A DNA stretch of 64,000 bases from a virus: the IMG/VR virus record IMGVR_UViG_3300045988_166613, positions 1 through 64,000 of that record. The stretch is one strand, 5' to 3'. The number at the start of each line of letters is the position of its first letter. Position 1 is the stretch's first letter. The notes under the pieces were generated by a model. That model worked only from the letters and a program-made list of their open reading frames with translations, did no database searches and was not told the DNA's origin. Shown here piece by piece: positions 62,124 to 64,000 of the stretch. The position numbers and the translations under genes were made by a program.

Positions 62124-62541
62124 TCGGTAAATCATCTGTTGTAAGTTTTAATTATATAGACTGTTTTATATAGTGGATTAATTGCCGATAGGTATTATTT
62201 TTATCATATAGTTTTATTTGTTATTTAAAGGCTTTCTGAGAAGAGTAAAATCTTTAGGATAAATTATACTTAAATAATTATAAAACTTCTTAGATAAGCG
62301 TATAAGCGTGTTGTGGTTGACATTGAGAATATTATGTTAAGATATTTTTATGATTAGATATGTATGCTCGGTATTTTATCTGTTAGTTGATATTAATTTA
62401 TAAAAATAGATAGTTTACCGATAAGTATATTATTTAACTCTACAAACATTCCAGCTATGGATTATAAAAGATAAAGGCTAATTCTCAACATAGAAAGAAT
62501 CAACCTTTTAAACTATTATAATCTCGGTATTTTATCTATAA
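62124..62541. repeat. dispersed TCGGTA-core repeats in a ~900-nt non-coding region
   Basis: TCGGTAAATCATCTGTTG (62124), CCGATAGGTATT (62185, inverted), CTCGGTATTTTATCT (62367 and 62523, 15/15 identical), TACCGATAAGTAT (62416, inverted). Confidence 0.45.
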
Positions 62542-62593
62542 AGTTTTAGATATTACAAATAAAATCTAACCATTAAAACTAGATTAAGTATTT

Positions 62594-62806
62594 CTATTCA
62601 GCTTCATCTGGAATATATTCAAATAAATCATTAGGTGTGCAATTAAACACTTGGCAAAATTTTTCTACGTGTTTTCTATCTATTAATTTGAAAGTGTCAT
62701 TATAATATCCACTTATTGTATTAGGTCTTATGCCTGTAAGTTTAGATAATTCTTTTTGTGTCATTCTATGTGATCCTAATAGAGTACTAATTTTACAAGT
62801 TAACAT
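62594..62806 (-). CDS. XRE/Cro-CI-family HTH transcriptional regulator
   Basis: MTQKELSKLTGIRPNTISGY. ATG 62806 after GGGAGGTGA. Paralogue of 29349-29591. Confidence 0.75.
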   Translation of the reverse strand: MLTCKISTLLGSHRMTQKELSKLTGIRPNTISGYYNDTFKLIDRKHVEKFCQVFNCTPNDLFEYIPDEAE

Positions 62807-62887
62807 ATTATCACCTCCCATAGTTATATATTATCATAATAAGTTAATAAAATCAAAATAAAAGTTAAAAAATATCTTTGAAAGTTA

Positions 62888-62916
62888 TTGATAATAACTC
62901 TGAACGATATTATAAT
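62888..62916 (+). promoter_or_regulatory. sigma-A-type promoter TTGATA-N17-TATAAT with inverted repeat over the -35
   Basis: GTTATT-GAT-AATAAC (62884-62898) overlaps the -35. Divergent from the XRE gene. Confidence 0.5.
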
Positions 62917-62979
62917 AGTATATGTAGACATTAATTAATAATAATTGGTATCTATATATATATAATATGAGGTGATAAT

Positions 62980-64000
62980 ATGGGTAAAAAGAAAACACAT
63001 GAAGAATTTGTCGAACAATTAAATAAAATACATAGGGAAGGAACTTATATGCCATTAGAGAAATATGATGGGATTAACACAAAATTATTAGTTAGACACA
63101 ACCAATGTGGGTATGAATGGAATATAATTCCTAAAAATTTATTAAAAGGGCAAGGTTGCCCTAAATGCTTCGGGAATATTAAAAAGACCACAGAAGATTT
63201 TAAGAAAGAAATTTACGAGCTTTATGGCAATGAATATAAAATATTAGGAGAATATAAAGGTGCTAAAACAAAAATTCTAGTAAAACATAACTGTAAAGAA
63301 TGCAACTATCATGAATGGGCTATAGAACCTACAAGTTTATTAAATGGTAATGGTTGTCCTGTGTGTTCTGGTAGAGAAGTTAAACTAGGAGTAAATACAA
63401 TCTGGGATACAGATAGATGGATGTGTAACTTAGGAGTAAGTGAGGAAGACGCTAAAAAATATAGTAAAGGAAGCAATAAAAAAATCACTGTTAAATGCCC
63501 TAATTGTGATAGAGAAAAGGAAATGCAGATAAATAGTATATATAAAAGAAAATCAATATCTTGTTCATGCGGAGATGGTAAATCTTATCCAGAGAAGTTT
63601 GTATTTAATTTATTAGAGCAGTTAGATGTAGATTTTGAAACAGAATACAAACCTAGTTGGATTGATAATAAAAGGTACGATTTTCATATTAAGGGTATAA
63701 ATTGTATTATAGAAACTCACGGTGAACAACATTATAAAGAAAAAATATTTTCTAGATGTGGTAGAGGTTTAACTAAAGAACAAATAAATGATAAATATAA
63801 GAAAGAAATGGCTTTATCTAATGAGATCAAATATTATATAGAGTTGGACTGTAGAAAATCTGAAATGGATTATATTAAGAACTCTATTCTAAACTCAGAA
63901 TTAAATGATTTATTTGACTTATCCAATATTGATTGGAATAAATGTGCTGAGTTCGCTAATAAGAATATTATAAAGGAAGTATGTGAGTGTTGGAATAATA
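62980..64000 (+). CDS. Zn-ribbon-repeat nuclease with PD-(D/E)XK/Vsr-like core, 3'-truncated by window edge
   Basis: GAGGTGA RBS and ATG 62980. My translation MGKKKTHEEFVEQLNKIH...CGYEWNIIPKNLLKGQGCPKC...RYDFHIKGINCIIETHGEQHY stays open to the window end. Not in the ORF track because it has no stop. Confidence 0.7.
   Translation, partial: MGKKKTHEEFVEQLNKIHREGTYMPLEKYDGINTKLLVRHNQCGYEWNIIPKNLLKGQGCPKCFGNIKKTTEDFKKEIYELYGNEYKILGEYKGAKTKILVKHNCKECNYHEWAIEPTSLLNGNGCPVCSGREVKLGVNTIWDTDRWMCNLGVSEEDAKKYSKGSNKKITVKCPNCDREKEMQINSIYKRKSISCSCGDGKSYPEKFVFNLLEQLDVDFETEYKPSWIDNKRYDFHIKGINCIIETHGEQHYKEKIFSRCGRGLTKEQINDKYKKEMALSNEIKYYIELDCRKSEMDYIKNSILNSELNDLFDLSNIDWNKCAEFANKNIIKEVCECWNN

Noticed and set aside
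61892-62173. Plus-strand 93-aa ORF in the large non-coding region.
   Set aside because: It has no RBS, its sequence is dominated by F/L/I/Y/S, and it spans promoter-like and repeat elements. I treat it as non-coding.
1-64000. CRISPR array, rRNA genes, reverse transcriptase/DGR or retron elements, and prophage att junctions.
   Set aside because: I saw no regularly spaced direct repeats, no rRNA-like GC-rich blocks, no RT motif (YxDD) in any long ORF, and no host-type flanking genes. The window appears to be entirely phage DNA.

Overview
This window is a very AT-rich segment of a bacteriophage or prophage from a low-GC Firmicute, Clostridium-like in composition. I count about 70 protein genes, all but three on the minus strand, plus one tRNA.

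Gene order in the direction of transcription (high to low coordinates):
- Early and regulatory genes: an XRE regulator, a wHTH initiator-like protein, AntA/KilAC antirepressor-like proteins, a UvrD-type helicase, a PP-loop/PAPS-reductase-like protein and a DNA methyltransferase.
- A YonO-like single-subunit RNA polymerase followed by an HU-like gene, which is SPbeta-like synteny.
- A vWA (DUF2828, Ro60-like) protein flanked by structured repeats, next to tRNA-Asn.
- A metallophosphoesterase and small early genes.
- Packaging and virion genes: TerS candidate, TerL, portal, scaffold, capsid, connectors, tail tube, tape measure, Dit, Tal and a beta-helix fibre.
- A lysis cassette (endolysin, SGNH esterase, holin).
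- Two tyrosine recombinases.
- A BhlA-like gene.
- The 3' end of a plus-strand dUTPase gene at the window start.

Most notable observations:
1. Three essential late genes (endolysin, tape measure, TerL) are each split by a group I-type intron. Two of these introns are ORF-less paralogues.
2. Four paralogous Zn-ribbon-repeat nuclease genes are present, one of them inside the endolysin intron.
3. A ~7 kb accessory island with its own sigma-A-type promoters and terminators sits inside the tail operon. It carries a long MazF-like protein, a GNAT-toxin-like pair, an XRE regulator and a membrane protein.
4. A HEPN-like two-gene moron lies between the tape measure and Dit genes.
5. The Ro60-like vWA protein is flanked by covarying RNA-like elements.
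6. A strand-specific 12-mer recurs in at least 11 intergenic positions.

Functional calls come from motif recognition by eye, not from database searches. Intron junctions are approximate, within about 4 nt.
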